A stretch of 64,000 bases of DNA from the human T2T-CHM13v2.0 reference genome, Homo sapiens, in the NCBI RefSeq assembly GCF_009914755.1, contig NC_060933.1, one strand, 5' to 3'. The notes beneath the pieces are model-generated. The model saw only the letters and a program-made list of their open reading frames with translations, was not told the origin of the DNA and did no database searches. This document shows, in pieces, positions 43,301 through 58,300 of the stretch. Both the position numbers and the translations under genes were made by a program. Position 1 is the first letter of the stretch, and the number at the start of each line of letters is the position of its first letter.

Positions 43301-46300
43301 CGAGTGCAATGGAATGGAGAGGAATGGAATGGAATGGAATGGAAACTACCCGAATGGAATGGAATGTAATGGAATGTAAGGGAATTGAATAGAATCAATC
43401 CGAATGGAATGGAATGGAATGGAACGGAATGTAATGGAATGGAATGGAATGGAATCAACCCGAGTGCAGGGGAATGGAATGGAATGGAATGCAATGGAAT
43501 GGAATCATCCGGAATGGAATGGAATGGAATGCAATGGAATGGAATGGAATGGAATCAACCCGAGTGCAATGGAATGGAGTGAAATGGAATGGAATGGAAT
43601 GGAGACAACCAGAATGGATTGGAATATAATGGAGTGTAAGGGAATTGAATAGAATCAATCTGAATGTAATGAAATGGAATGGAACAGAATGGAATGGAAT
43701 GTAATGGAATGGAATGGAATGCAATGGAATGGAATCAACCCGAGTGCAATCGAATGGAATCAAATGGAATGGAATGCAATGGAATGGATTCAACTTGAAG
43801 GGAATGGAAAGAATGGAATCAACAGGAGTGGAATGGCATGGATTGGAATGGAATGGAATGGAATCAACCCGAGTATAGGGGAATGGAATGGTATGGAATG
43901 CAATGGAATGGAATCATCCGTAATGGAATGGAAAGGAATGGAATGGAATGGAATGGAATGGAATCAACTCGATTGCAATCGAATGGAATGGAATGGAATT
44001 AACCCGAATAGAATGGAATGGAATGGAATGGAATGGAATGGAACGGAACGGAATGGAATGGAATGGAATGGAATGGAATGGAATCAACGCGAGTGCAGGG
44101 GAATGGAATGGAATGGAATGCAATGGAATGGAATCTTCCGGAATGGAATGGAATGGAATGGAATGGAATGGAATGGAATGAAATGCAATGGATTCAACTC
44201 GATTGCAATGGAATGGAATAGAATGGAATGGAATGGAATGGAATGGAATTAATTCGAATAGAATGGAATGGAATGGAATGGAACGGAATGCAACGGAATG
44301 GAATGGAATGGAATGGAATGGAATGGAATGGTATGGAATGGAATGGAATGGTACGGAATAGAATGGAATGGAACGAATTGTAATGGAATGGAATTGAATG
44401 GAATGGAATGGAATGGAATGGAATCAACGCGAGTGCAGGGGAATGTAATGGAACGGAATGCAATGGAATGGAATCATCCGGAATGGAATGGAATGGAATG
44501 GAATGGAACGGAATGGAATGGAATGGAATCAACCCGAGTGCAATGGAATGGAGTGGAATGGAATGGAATGGAATGGAACAACCCGAATGGAATGGAATGT
44601 AATGGAGAGTAAGGGAGTTGAATAGAATCAATCCGAATGTAATGGAATGGAATGCAACGGAATGGAATGGAATGGAATGGAATGGAATGCAAAGGAATTG
44701 AATCAACCCGAGTACAATGGAATGGAATGGAATGGAATGGAATGGAATGGAATGGAATGGAATGATACGGAATAGAATGGAATGGAACGAAATGGAATGG
44801 AATGGAATGGAATGGAATGGAATGGAATGGAATGGAATCGTTCTGAATGGAATAGGAGGGAATGTATTCGAGTGGAATGGAAAGGAATGGAAAAAACCTG
44901 AGTGGAATGGAAGGGAATGGAATGGAATGGAAACTAATAGAATGGAATCAACCCGAGAGGAATGGAATGGAAAGGACTGGAATGGAATGGAATGGAATGG
45001 AATCAACTCGATTGAATTGGAATGGAATGGAATGGAATGGAATGGAATGGAATGGAATGGAATGGAATGGAATTAACCCGAATACAATGCAATGGAATGG
45101 AATGGAACGGAATGGAGTGGAATCGAATGGAATCAACCCGAGTGCAGGGGAATGGAATGGAATGGAATGCAATGGAATGGAATCATCCGGAATGGAATGG
45201 AATGGAATGGAATGCAAAGCAATGGAATCCACTCGATTGCAATGGAATGGAATGGAATGGAAAGGAATACATTGGAATCAACCCGAGTGGAATGGAATGG
45301 AAAGGACTGGAATGGAGTGGAATGGAATGGAATGGAATGGAATGGAATCAACTCGATTGGAATGGAATGGAATGGAATGGAATGGAATGGAATGGAATGG
45401 AATGGAATTAATCCGAATAGAATGGAATGGAATGGAATGGAACGGAACGGAATGGAATGGAATGGAAAGGAATGCAATGGAAACAACCCGACTGCAGGGG
45501 AATGGAATGGAATGGAATGCAATGGAATGGATTAAACTTGAATGGAATGGAAAGAATGGAATCAACACGAGTGGAGTTGCATGGATTGGAATGGAATGGA
45601 ATGGAATCAACACGAGTACAGGGGAATGGAATGGAATGGAATGCAATGGAATGGAATCATCCGTAATGGAATGGAAAGGAATGGAATGGAATGGAATGGA
45701 ATGGAATCAACTCGATTGCAATCGAATGGAATGGAATGGAATTAACCCGAATAGAATGGAATGGAATGGAATGGAACGGAACGGAACGGAATGGAATGGA
45801 TTGGAATGGAATGGAATGGAATGGAATGGAACGGAAAGGAATGGAATGGAATAGAATGGAATGGAAAGGAATGGAATGGAATCAACGCGAGTGCAGGGGA
45901 ATGGAATGGAATGGAATGCAATGGAATGGAATCTTCCGGAATGGAATGGAATGGAATGGAATGGAATGGAATAAACCCGAGTGCAATGGAATAGAGTGGA
46001 ATGGAATGGAATGGAATGGAACAACCCGAATGGAATGGAATGTAATGGAGAGTAAGGGAGTTGAATAGAATCAATCCGAATGTAATGGAATGGAATGGAA
46101 CGGAATGGAATTGAATGGAATGGAATGGAATGCAATGGAATGGAATCAACCCGAGTGCAATGGAATGGACAGGAATGGAATGGAATGGAATGGAAACTAC
46201 CCGAATGGAATGGAATGTAATGGAGTGTAAGGGAATTGAATAGAATCAATCCGAATGTAATGGAATGGAATGGAACGGAATGGAATGGAATGGAATGGAA

Positions 46301-49300
46301 TGGAATGGAATGCAATGGAATGGAATCAACCCGAGTGCAATCGAATGGAATCGAATGGAATGGAATGCAATGGAATGGATTCAACTTGAATGGAATGGAA
46401 AGAATGGAATCAACACGAGTGGAATGGTATGGATTGGAATGGAATGGAATGGAATCAACCCGAGTACAGGGGAATGGAATGGAATGGAATGCAATGGAAT
46501 GGAATCATCCGTAATGGAATGGAAAGCAATGGAATGGAATGGAATGGAATGGAATGGAATGGAATGGAACTCAACTCGATTGCAATCGAATGGAATGGAA
46601 TGGAATTAACCAGAATAGAATGGAATGGAATGGAATGGAATGGAACGGAATGGCATGGAATGGAATGGAATGGAATGGAATGGAACGGAACGGAACGGAA
46701 TGGATCGAATGGAATGGAATGGATTGGAATGGAATCAACGCGAGTGCAGGGGAATGGAATGGAATGGAATGCAATGGAATGGAATCTTCCGGAATGGAAT
46801 GGAATGGAATGGAAGGGAAGGAAAGGCAATGGATTCAACTCGATTGCAATGGAATGGAATAGAATGGAATGGAATGGAATGGAATGGAATTAACCCGAAT
46901 AGAATGGAATGGAATGGAATGGAACGGAATGGAACGGAATGGAATGGAATGGAATGGTATGGAATGGAATGGAATGGTACTGAATAGAATGGAATGGAAC
47001 GAATTGTAATGGAATGGAATTGAATGGAATGGAATGGAATGGAATGGAATCAACGCGAGTGCATGGGAATGTAATGGAACGGAATGCAATGGAATGGAAT
47101 CATCCGGAATGGAATGGAATGGAATGGAATGGAATGGAATGGAATCAACCCGAGTGCAATGGAATGGAGTGGAATGGAATGGAATGGAACGGAACAACCC
47201 GAATGGAATGGAATGTAATGGAGAGTAAGGGAGTTGAATAGAATCAATCCGAATGTAATGGAATGGAATGCAACGGAATGGAATGGAATGGAATGGAATG
47301 GAATGCAATGCTATGGAATCAACCCGAGTGCAATAGAATGGATTCGAATGGAATGGAATGCAATGGAATGGATTCAACTTGAATGGAATGGAAAGAATGG
47401 AATCAACACGAGTGGAATGGCATGGATTGGAATGGAATGGAATGGGATCAACCCGAGTACAGGGGAATGGAATGGAATGGAATGCAATGGAATGGAATCA
47501 TCCGTAATGGAATGGAAAGGAATGGAATGGAATGGAATGGAATGGAATGGAATGGAATGGAATGGAATCAACTCGATTGCAATCGAATGGAATGGAATGG
47601 AATTAACCCGAATAGAATGGAATGGAATGGAATGGAATGCAACGGAACGGAATGGAATGGAATGGAATGGAATGGAATGGAATGGAACCGAACGGAACGG
47701 AATGGAATGGAATGGAATGGAATGGAATCAACGCGAGTGCAGGGGAATGGAATGGAATGGAATGCAATGGAATGGAATCTTCCGGAATGGAATGGAATGG
47801 AATGGAATGGAATGAAATGCAATGGATTCAACTCGATTGCAATGGAATGGAATAGAATGGAATGGAATGGAATGGAATGGAATTAATCCGAATAGAATGG
47901 AATGGAATGGAATGGAACGGAATGGAACGGAATGGAATGGAATGGAATGGTATGGAATGGAATGGAATGGTACTGAATAGAATGGAATGGAACGAATTGT
48001 AATGGAATGGAATTGAATGGAATGGAATGGAATGGAATGGAATCAACGCGAGTGCAGGGGAATGTAATGGAACGGAATGCAATGGAATGGAATCATCCGG
48101 AATGGAATGGAATGGAATGGAATGGAATGGAATGGAATGGAATCAACCCGAGTGCAATGGAATGGAGTGGAATGGAATGGAATGGAATGGAACAACCCGA
48201 ATGGAATGGAATGTAATGGAGAGTAAGGGAGTTGAATAGAATCAATCCGAATGTAATGGAATGGAATGCAACGGAATGGAATGGAATGGAATGGAATGGA
48301 ATGCAATGCCATGGAATCAACCCGAGTGCAATAGAATGGATTCGAATGGAATGGAATGCAATGGAATGGATTCAACTTGAATGGAATGGAAAGAATGGAA
48401 TCAACACGAGTGGAATGGCATGGATTGGAATGGAATGGAATGGGATCAACCCGAGTACAGGGGAATGGAATGGAATGGAATGCAATGGAATGGAATCATC
48501 CGTAATGGAATGGAAAGGAATGGAATGGAATGGAATGGAATGGAATGGAATGGAATCAACTCGATTGCAATCGAATGGAATGGAATGGAATTAACCCGAA
48601 TAGAATGGAATGGAATGGAATGGAATGCAACGGAACGGAATGGAATGGAATGGAATGGAATGGAATGGAATGGAACCGAACGGAACGGAATGGAATGGAA
48701 TGGAATGGAATGGAATCAACGCGAGTGCAGGGGAATGGAATGGAATGGAATGCAATGGAATGGAATCTTCCGGAATGGAATGGAATGGAATGGAATGGAA
48801 TGAAATGCAATGGATTCAACTCGATTGCAATGGAATGGAATAGAATGGAATGGAATGTAATGGAATGGAATTAATCCGAATAGAATGGAATGGAATGGAA
48901 TGGAACGGAATGGAACGGAATGGAATGGAATGGAATGGAATGGAATGGTATGGATTGGAATGGAATGGTACGGAATAGAATGGAATGGAACGAATTGTAA
49001 TGGAATGGAATTGAATGGAATGGAATGGAATGGAATGGAATGGAATGGAATCAACGCGGGTGCAGGGGAATGTAATGGAACGGAATGCAATGGAATGGAA
49101 TCATCCGGAATGGAAAGGAATGGAATGGAATGGAATGCAATGGAATGGAATCAACCCGAGTGCAATGGAATGTAATGGAGAGTAAGGGAGTTGAATAGAA
49201 TCAATCCGAATGTAATGGAATGGAATGCAACAGAATGGAATGGAATGGAATGGAATGGAATGGAATCAACTCGATTGCAATCGAATGGAATGGAATGGAA

Positions 49301-49380
49301 TTAACCCGAATAGAATGGAATGGAGTGTAATGGAACGGAACGGAATGGAATGGAATGGAATGGAACGGAAAGGAAGGGAA
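31311..49380 (+). repeat. Large tandem duplication unit B (~18.1 kb)
   Basis: Same markers as unit A. The offset steps through about 16588, 17951, 17856, 17366, 17961 and 18061 at discrete indels. Confidence 0.93.
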
Positions 49381-52300
49381 TGGAATGGAATGGAATGGAA
49401 TGGAATGGAATGGAACGGAAATTAAGGGAATGGAATGGAATAGAATGGAATGGAATGGAATCAACGCGAGTGCAGGGGAATGGAATGGAATGGAATGCAA
49501 TAGAATGGAATCTTCCGGAATGGAATGGAATGGAATGGAATGGAATGGAATCAACCCGAGTGCAATGGAATGGAGTGGAATGGAATGGAATGGAATGGAA
49601 CAACCCGAATGGAACGGAATGTAATGGAGAGTAAGGGAGTTGAATAGAATCAATCCGAATGTAATGGAATGGAATGGAACGGAATGGAATTGAATGGAAT
49701 GGAATGGAATGCAATGGAATCAAATCAACCAGAGTGCAATGGAATGGAGAGGAATGGAATGGAATGGAATGGAAACTACCCGAATGGAGTGGAATGTAAT
49801 GGAGTGTAAGGGAATTGAATAGAATCAATCCGAATGTAATGGAATGGAATGGAACGGAATGGAATGGAATGGAATGGAATGGTATGGAATGGAATGCAAT
49901 GGAATGGAATCAACCCGAGTGCAATCGAATGGAATCGAATGGAATGGAATGCAATGGAATGGATTCAACTTGAATGGAATGGAAAGAATGGAATCAACAC
50001 GAGTGGAATGGCATGGATTGGAATGGAATGGAATGGAATCAACCTGAGTACAGGGGAATGGAATAGAATGGAATGCAATGGAATGGAATCATCAGTAATG
50101 GAATGGAAAGGAATGGAATGTAATGTAATGGAATGGAATGGAATAGAATCAACTCGATTGCAAGCGAATGGAATGGAATGGAATTAACCCGAATAGAATG
50201 GAATGGAATGGAATGGAACGGAACGGAATGGAGTGGAATGGAATGGAATGGAACGGAACGGACTGGAATGGAATGGAATGGAATGGAATGGAATGGAATG
50301 GAATGCAATGGAATCAACGCGAGTGCAGGGGAATGGAATGGAATGGAATGCAATGGAATGGAATCTTCCGGAATGGAATGGAATGGAATGGAATGGAATG
50401 AAATGCAATGGATTCAATTCGATTGCAATGGAATGGAATAGAATGGAATGGAATGGAATGGAATGGAATGGAATGAATTCGAATAGAATGGAATGGAATG
50501 GAATGGAACGGAATGGAACGGAACGGAATGGAATGGAATGGAATGGAATGGAATGGAATGGAATGATACGGAATAGAATGGAATGGAACGAAATGGAATG
50601 GAATGGAATGGAATGGAATGGAATGGAATGGAATGGAATCGTTCCGAGTGGAATAGGAGGGAATGTATTCGAGTGGAATGGAAAGGAATGGAATCAACCA
50701 GAGTGGAATGGAAGGGAATGGAATGGAATGGAAACTAATAGAATGGAATCAACCCGAGAGGAATGGAATGGAAAGGACTGGAATGGAATGGAATGGAATG
50801 GAATCAACTCGATTGTAATGGAATGGAATGGAATGGAATGGAATGGAATTAACCCGAATACAATGGAATGGAATGGAATGGAACGGAATGGAGTGGAATG
50901 GAATGGAATCAACCCGAGTGCAGGGGAATGGAATGGAATGGAATGTAATGGAATGGAATCATACGGAAAGGAATGGAATGGAATGGAATGCAAAGCAATG
51001 GAATCAACTCGATTGCAATGGAATGGAATGGAATGGAAAGGAATACATTGGAATCAACCCGAGTGGAATGGAATGGAAAGGACTGGAATGGAGTGGAATG
51101 GAATGGAATGGAATGGAATGGAATCAACTCGATTGGAATGGAATGTAATCGAATGGAATGGAATGGAATGGAATTAACCCGAGTGGAATTGAATGGAAAC
51201 GACTGGAATGGAGTGGAATGGAATGGAATGGAATGGAATGGAATCAACTCGATTGGAATGGAATGTAATGGAATGGAATGGAATGGAATGGAATTAACCC
51301 GAATAGAATGGAATGGAATGGAATGGAACGAAACGGAATGGAATGGAATGGAATGGAATGGAATGGAAACAACCCGACTGCAGGGGAATGGAATGGAATG
51401 GAATGCAATGGAATGGATTCAACTTGAATGGAATGGAAAGAATGGAATCAACACGAGTGGAATGGCATGGATTGGAATGGAATGGAATGGAATCAACCCG
51501 AGTACAGGGAAATGGAATGGAATGGAATGCAATGGAATGGAATCATCCGTAATGGAATGGAAAGGAATGGAATGGAATGGAATGGAAAGGAATGGAATGG
51601 AATGGAATCAACTCGATTGCAATCGAATGGAATGGAATGGAATTAACCCGAATAGAATGGAATGGAATGGAATGGAACGGAACGGAACGGAATGGAATGG
51701 ATTGGAATGGAATGGAATGGAATGGAATGGAATGGAACGGAAAGGAATGGAATGGAATCGAATGGAATGGAATGGAATCAACGTGAGTGCAGGTGAATGG
51801 AATGGAATGGAATGCAATGGAATGGAATCTTCCGGAATGGAATGGAATGGAATGGAATGGAATTGAATGGAATGGAATAAACCCGAGTGCAATGGAATGG
51901 AGTGGAATGGAATGGAATGGAATGGAACAACCCGAATGGAATGGAATGTAATGGAGTGTAAGGGAGTTGAATAGAATAAATCCGAATGTAATGGAATGGA
52001 ATGGAACGGAATGGAATTGAATGGAATGGAATGGAATGCAATGGAATGGAATCAACCCGAGTTCAATGGAATAGAGAGAAATGGAATGGAATGGAATGGA
52101 AACTACCCGAATGGAATGGAATGTAATGGAGTGTAAGGGAATTGAATAGAATCAATCCGAATGTAATGGAATGGAATGGAACGGAATGGAATGGAATGGA
52201 ATGGAATGGAATGGAATGGAATCAACCCGAGTGCAATCCAATGGAATCGAATGGAATGCAATGCAATGGAATGGATTCAACTTGAATGGAATGGAAAGAA

Positions 52301-55300
52301 TGGAATCAACACGAGTGGAATGGCATGGATTGGAATGGAATGGAATGGAATCAACCCGAGTACAGGGGAAAGGAATGGAATGGAATGCAATGGAATGGAA
52401 TCATCCGTAATGGAATGGAAAGGAATGGAATGGAATGGAATGGAATGGAATGGAATGGAATCAACTCGATTGCAATCGAATGGAATGGAATGGAATTAAC
52501 ACGAATAGAATGGAATGGAATGGAATGGAACGGAACGGAATGGAATGGAATGGAATGGAATGGAATGGAATGGAATGGAATCAACGCGAGTGCAGGGGAA
52601 TGGAATGGAAAGGAATGCAATGGAATGGAATCTTCGGAATGGAATGGAATGGAATGGAATGGAATGAAATGCAATGGATTCAACTCGATTGCAATGGAAT
52701 GGAATAAAATGGAATGGAATGGAATGGAATGGAATTAATCCGAATAGAGTGGAATGGAATGGAATGGAACGGAATGGAACGGAATGGAATGGAAAGGAAT
52801 GGAATGGAATGGTATGGAATGGAATGGAATGGTACGGAATAGAATGGAATGGAACGAATTGTAATGGAATGGAATTGAATGGAATGGAATGGAATGGAAT
52901 GGAATGGAATCAACCCGAGTGCCATGGAATGGAGTGGAATGGAATGGAATGGAATGGAAAAACCCGAATGGAGTGGAATGTAATGGAGAGTAAGGGAGTT
53001 GAATAGAATCAATCCGAATGTAATGGAATGGAATGGAACGGAATGGAATGGAATGGAATGGAATGGAATGGAATGGAATGGAATGGAATGCAATGGAATG
53101 GAATCAACCCGAGTGCAATCGAATGGAATCGAATGGAATGGAATGCAATGGAATGGACTCAACTTGAATGGAATGGAAAGAATGGAATCAACACGAGTGG
53201 AATGGCATGGATTGGAATGGAATGGAATGGAATCAACCCGAGTACAGGGGAATGGAATGGAATGGAATGCAATGGAATGGAATCATCCGTAATGGAATGG
53301 AAAGGAATGGAATGGAATGGAATGGAATGGAATGGAATGGAATGGAATGGAATGGAATCAACTCGATTGCAATCGAATGGAATGGAATGGAATTAACCCG
53401 AATAGAATGGAATGGAATGGAATGGAACGGAACGGAATGGAATGGAATGGAATGGAATGGAACGGAAAGGAAGGGAATGGAATGGAATAGAATGGAATGG
53501 AATGGAATCAACGCGAGTGCAGGGGAATGGAATGGAATGGAATGCAATGGAATGGAATCTTCCGGAATGGAATGGAATGGAATGGAATGGAATGGAATCA
53601 ACCCGAGTGCAATGGAATGGAGTGGAATGGAATGGAACGGAATGGAACAACCCGAATGGAACGGAATGTAATGGAGAGTAAGGGAGTTGAATAGAATCAA
53701 TCCGAATGTAATGGAATGGAATGGAACGGAATGGAATTGAATGGAATGGAATGGAATGCAATGGAATAAAATCAACCCGAATGCAATGGAATGGAGAGGA
53801 ATGGAATGGAATGGAATGGAAACTACCCGAATGGAATGGAATGTAATGGAGTGTAAGGGAATTGAATAGAATCAATCCGAATGTAATGGAATGGAATGGA
53901 ACGGAATGGAATGGAATGGAATGGAATGGAACGGAATGGAATGCAATGGAATGGAATCAACCCGAGTGCAATCGAATGGAATCGAATGGAATGGAATGTA
54001 ATGGAATGGATTCAACTTGAATGTAATGGAAAGAATGGAATCAACACGAGTGGAATGGCATTGATTGGAATGGAATGGAATGGAATCAACCCAAGTACAT
54101 GGGAATGGAATGGAATGGAATGCAATGGAATGGAATCATCCGTAATGGAATGGAAAGGAATGGAATGGAATGGAATGGAATGGAATGGAATGGAATGGAA
54201 TCAACTCGATTGCAATCGAATGGAATGGAAAGGAATTAACCCGAATAGAATGGAATGGAATGGAATGGAACGGATCGGAACGGAATGGAATGGAATGGAA
54301 TGGAATGGAATGGAATGGAACGGAACGGAATGGAATGGAATGGAATGGAATGGAATCAACGCGAGTGCAGGGGAATGGAATGGAATGGAATGCAATGGAA
54401 TGGAAACTTCCGGAATGGAATGGAATGGAATGGAATGGAATGAAATGCAATGGATTCAACTCGATTGCAATGGAATGGAATAGAATGGAATGGATTGGAA
54501 TGGAATGGAATTAATCCGAATAGAATGGAATGGAATGGAAAGGAACGGAATGGAACGGAATGGAATGGAATGTAATGGAATGGTATGGAATGGAATGGAA
54601 TGGTACGGAATAGAAAGGAATGGAACGAATTGTAATGGAATGGAATTGAATGGAATGGAATGGAATGGAATGGAATCAACGCGAGTGCAGGGGAATGTAA
54701 TGGAACGGAATGCAATGGAATGGAATCATCCGGAATGGAATGGAATGGAATGGAATGGAATGGAATGGAATCAACCCGAGTGCAATGGAATGGAGTGGAA
54801 TGGAATGGAATGGAATGGAAAAACCCGAATGGAGTGGAATGTAATGGAGAGTAAGGGAGTTGAATAGAATCCATCCGAATGTAATGGAATGGAATGCAAC
54901 GGAATGGAATGGAATGGAACGCAATGGAATTGAATCAACCCGAGTACAATGGAATGGAATGGAATGGAATGGAATGGAATGCAATGGAATGGAATGATAC
55001 GGAATAGAATGGAATGGAACGAAATGGAATGGAATGGAATGGAATGGAATGGAATGGAATGGAATGGAATCGTTCCGAGTGGAATAGGAGGGAATGTATT
55101 CGAGTGGAATGGAAAGGAATGGAATCAACCAGAGTGGAATGGAAGGGAATGGAATGGAATGGAAACTAATAGAATGGAATCAACCCGAGTGGAATGGAAT
55201 GGAAAGGACAGGAATGGAATGGAATGGAAAGGAATAAACTCGATTGTAATGGAATGGAATGGAATGGAATGGAATTAACCCGAATACAATGGAATGGAAT

Positions 55301-58300
55301 GGAATGGAACGGAATGGAGTGGAATGGAATGGAATCAACCCGAGTGCAGGGGAATGGAATGGAATGCAATGCAATGGAATGGAATCATCCGGAATGGAAT
55401 GGAATGGAATGGAATGCAAAGCAATGGAATCAACTCGATTGCAATGGAATGAAATGGAATGGAAAGGAATACATTGGAATCAACCCGAGTGGAATGGAAT
55501 GGAACGGACTGGAATGGAGTGGAATGGAATGGAATGGAATGGAATGGAATGGAATGGAATCAACTTGATTGGAATGGAATGGAATGGAATGGAATGCAAT
55601 GGAATTAACCCGAATAGAAAGGAATGGAATGGAATGGAACGGAATGGAATGGAATGGAATGGAATGGAATGGAATGGAATGGAATAGAATCAACCTGACT
55701 GCAGGGGAATGGAATGGAATGGAATGCAATGGAATGGGTTCAACTTCAATGGAATGGAAAGAATGGAATCAACACGAGTGGAATGGCATGGATTGGAATG
55801 GAATGGAATCAACCTGAGTACAGGGGAATGGAATGGAATGGAATGCAATGGAATGGAATCATCCGTAATGGAATGGAAAGGAATGGAATGGAATGGAATG
55901 GAATGGAATGGAATGGAATGGAATCAACTCGATTGCAATCGAATGGAATGGAATGGAATTAACCCGAATAGAATGGAATGGAATGGAATGGAACGGAACG
56001 GAACGGAACGGAATGGAATGGAATGGAATGGAATGGAATGGAATGGAACGGAAAGGAATGGAATGGAATGGAATGGAATGGAATGGAATGGAATGGAATG
56101 GAATCAACGCGAGTGCAGGGGAATGGCATGGAATGGAATGCAATGGAATGGAATCTTCCGGAATGGAATGGAATGGAATGGAATGAAATGCAATGGATTC
56201 AACTCGATTGCAATAGAATGGAATAGAATGGAATGGAATGTAATGGAATGGGATTAACCCGAATAGAATGGAATGGAATGGAATGGAACGGAATGGAACG
56301 GAATGGAATGGAATGGAATGGAGTGGAATGGAATGGAATGGTATGGAATGGAATGGAATGGAATTAACCCGAATAAAATGGAATGGAATGGAATGGAACG
56401 GAATGGAGTGGAATGGAATGGAATCAACGTGAGTGCAGGGGAATGGAATGGAATGGAATGGAATGGAATGGAATGGAATGGAATGGAATTAACCCGAATA
56501 AAATGGAATGGAATGGAATGGAACGGAATGGAGTGGAATGGAATGGAATCAACCCGAGTGCAGGGGAATGGAATGGAATGGAATGCAATGGAATGGAGTC
56601 ATCCGGAATGGAATGGAATGGAATGCAATGCAAAGCAATGGAATCAACTCGATTGCAATGGAATGGAATGGAATGGAAAGGAATAGAATGGAATCAACCC
56701 CAGTGTAATGGAATGGAAAGGACCGGAATGGAGTGGAATGGAATGGAATGGAATGGAATGGAATGGAATGGAACGGAATCAATTCGACTGGAATGGAATG
56801 GAATGGAATGGAATAGAATGGAATTAACCCGAATAGAATGGAATGGAATGGAATGGAACGGAATGGAATGGAATGGAATGGAATGGAATCAACCCGACTG
56901 CAGGGGAATGGAATGGAATGGAATGGAATGGAATGGAATCATGCGGAACGGAATGGAATGGAATGGAATGGAATCAACTCCATTGCAATGGAATGGAATG
57001 GAATGGAATGGAATCGAAAGGAATGGAATGGAATTAACCGGAATAGAATGGAATGGAATGGAATGGAATAGAATGGAATCAACCCGAGTGCAGGGGAATG
57101 GAATGGAATGGAATGCAATGGAATGGAATCATCCGGAATGGAATGGAATGGAATGGAATGCAATCAACCTGATGCAATGGAATGGAGTGGAATGGAATGG
57201 AATGGAATGGAAACATCCCGAATGGAATGGAATGTAATGGAGTGTAAGGGAATTGAATAGAATCAATCCGAATGTAATGGAATGGAATGGAATGAAATGG
57301 AATGGAATGGAATGGAATGGAATCAACCCGAGTGCAATGGAATGGATTCGAATGGAATGGAATGGAATGGAATGGATTCAACAAGAATGGAATGGAAAGG
57401 AATGGAATCAACCCGAGTGTAATGGCATGGACTGGAACGGAATGGAATGGGATGGAATGGAATGGTACGGAATAGAATGGAATGGAATGAAATGGAATGG
57501 AATGGAATGGAATGAAATGCAATGGATTCAACTCGATTGCAATGGAATGGAATAGAATGGAATGGAATGGAATGGAATGGAATGGAATTAATCCGAATAG
57601 AATGGAATGGAATGGTATGGAACGGAATGGAACGGAATGGAATGGAATGCAATGGAATGGAATGGTATGGAATGGAATGGAATGGTACGGAATAGAATGG
57701 AATGGAATGAATTGTAATGGAATGGAATTGAATGGAATGGAATGGAATGGAATGGAATCAACACGAGTGCAGGGGAATGTAATGGAACGGAATGCAATGG
57801 AATGGAATCATCCGGAATGGAATGGAATGGAATGGAATGGAATGGAATGGAATCAACTCGAGTGCAATGGAATGGAGTGGAATGGAATGGAATGGAATGG
57901 AACAACCCGAATGGAATGGAATGTAATGGAGAGTAAGGGAGTTGAATAGAATCAATCCGAATGTAATGGAATGGAATGCAACGGAATGGAATAGAATGGA
58001 ATGGAATGGAATGCAATGGAATGGAATCAACCCGAGTACAATGGAATGGAATGGAATGGAATGGAATGGAATGGAATGGAATGGAATGATACGGAATAGA
58101 ATGGAATGGAACGAAATGGAATGGAATGGAATGGAATGGAATGGAATGGAATGCAATGGAATCGTTCCGAGTGGAACAGGAGGGAATGTATTCGAGTGGA
58201 ATGGAAAGGAATGGAATCAACCAGAGTGGAATGGAAGGGAATGGAATGGAATGGAAACTAATAGAATGGAATCAACCCGAGTGGAATGGAATGGAAAAGA

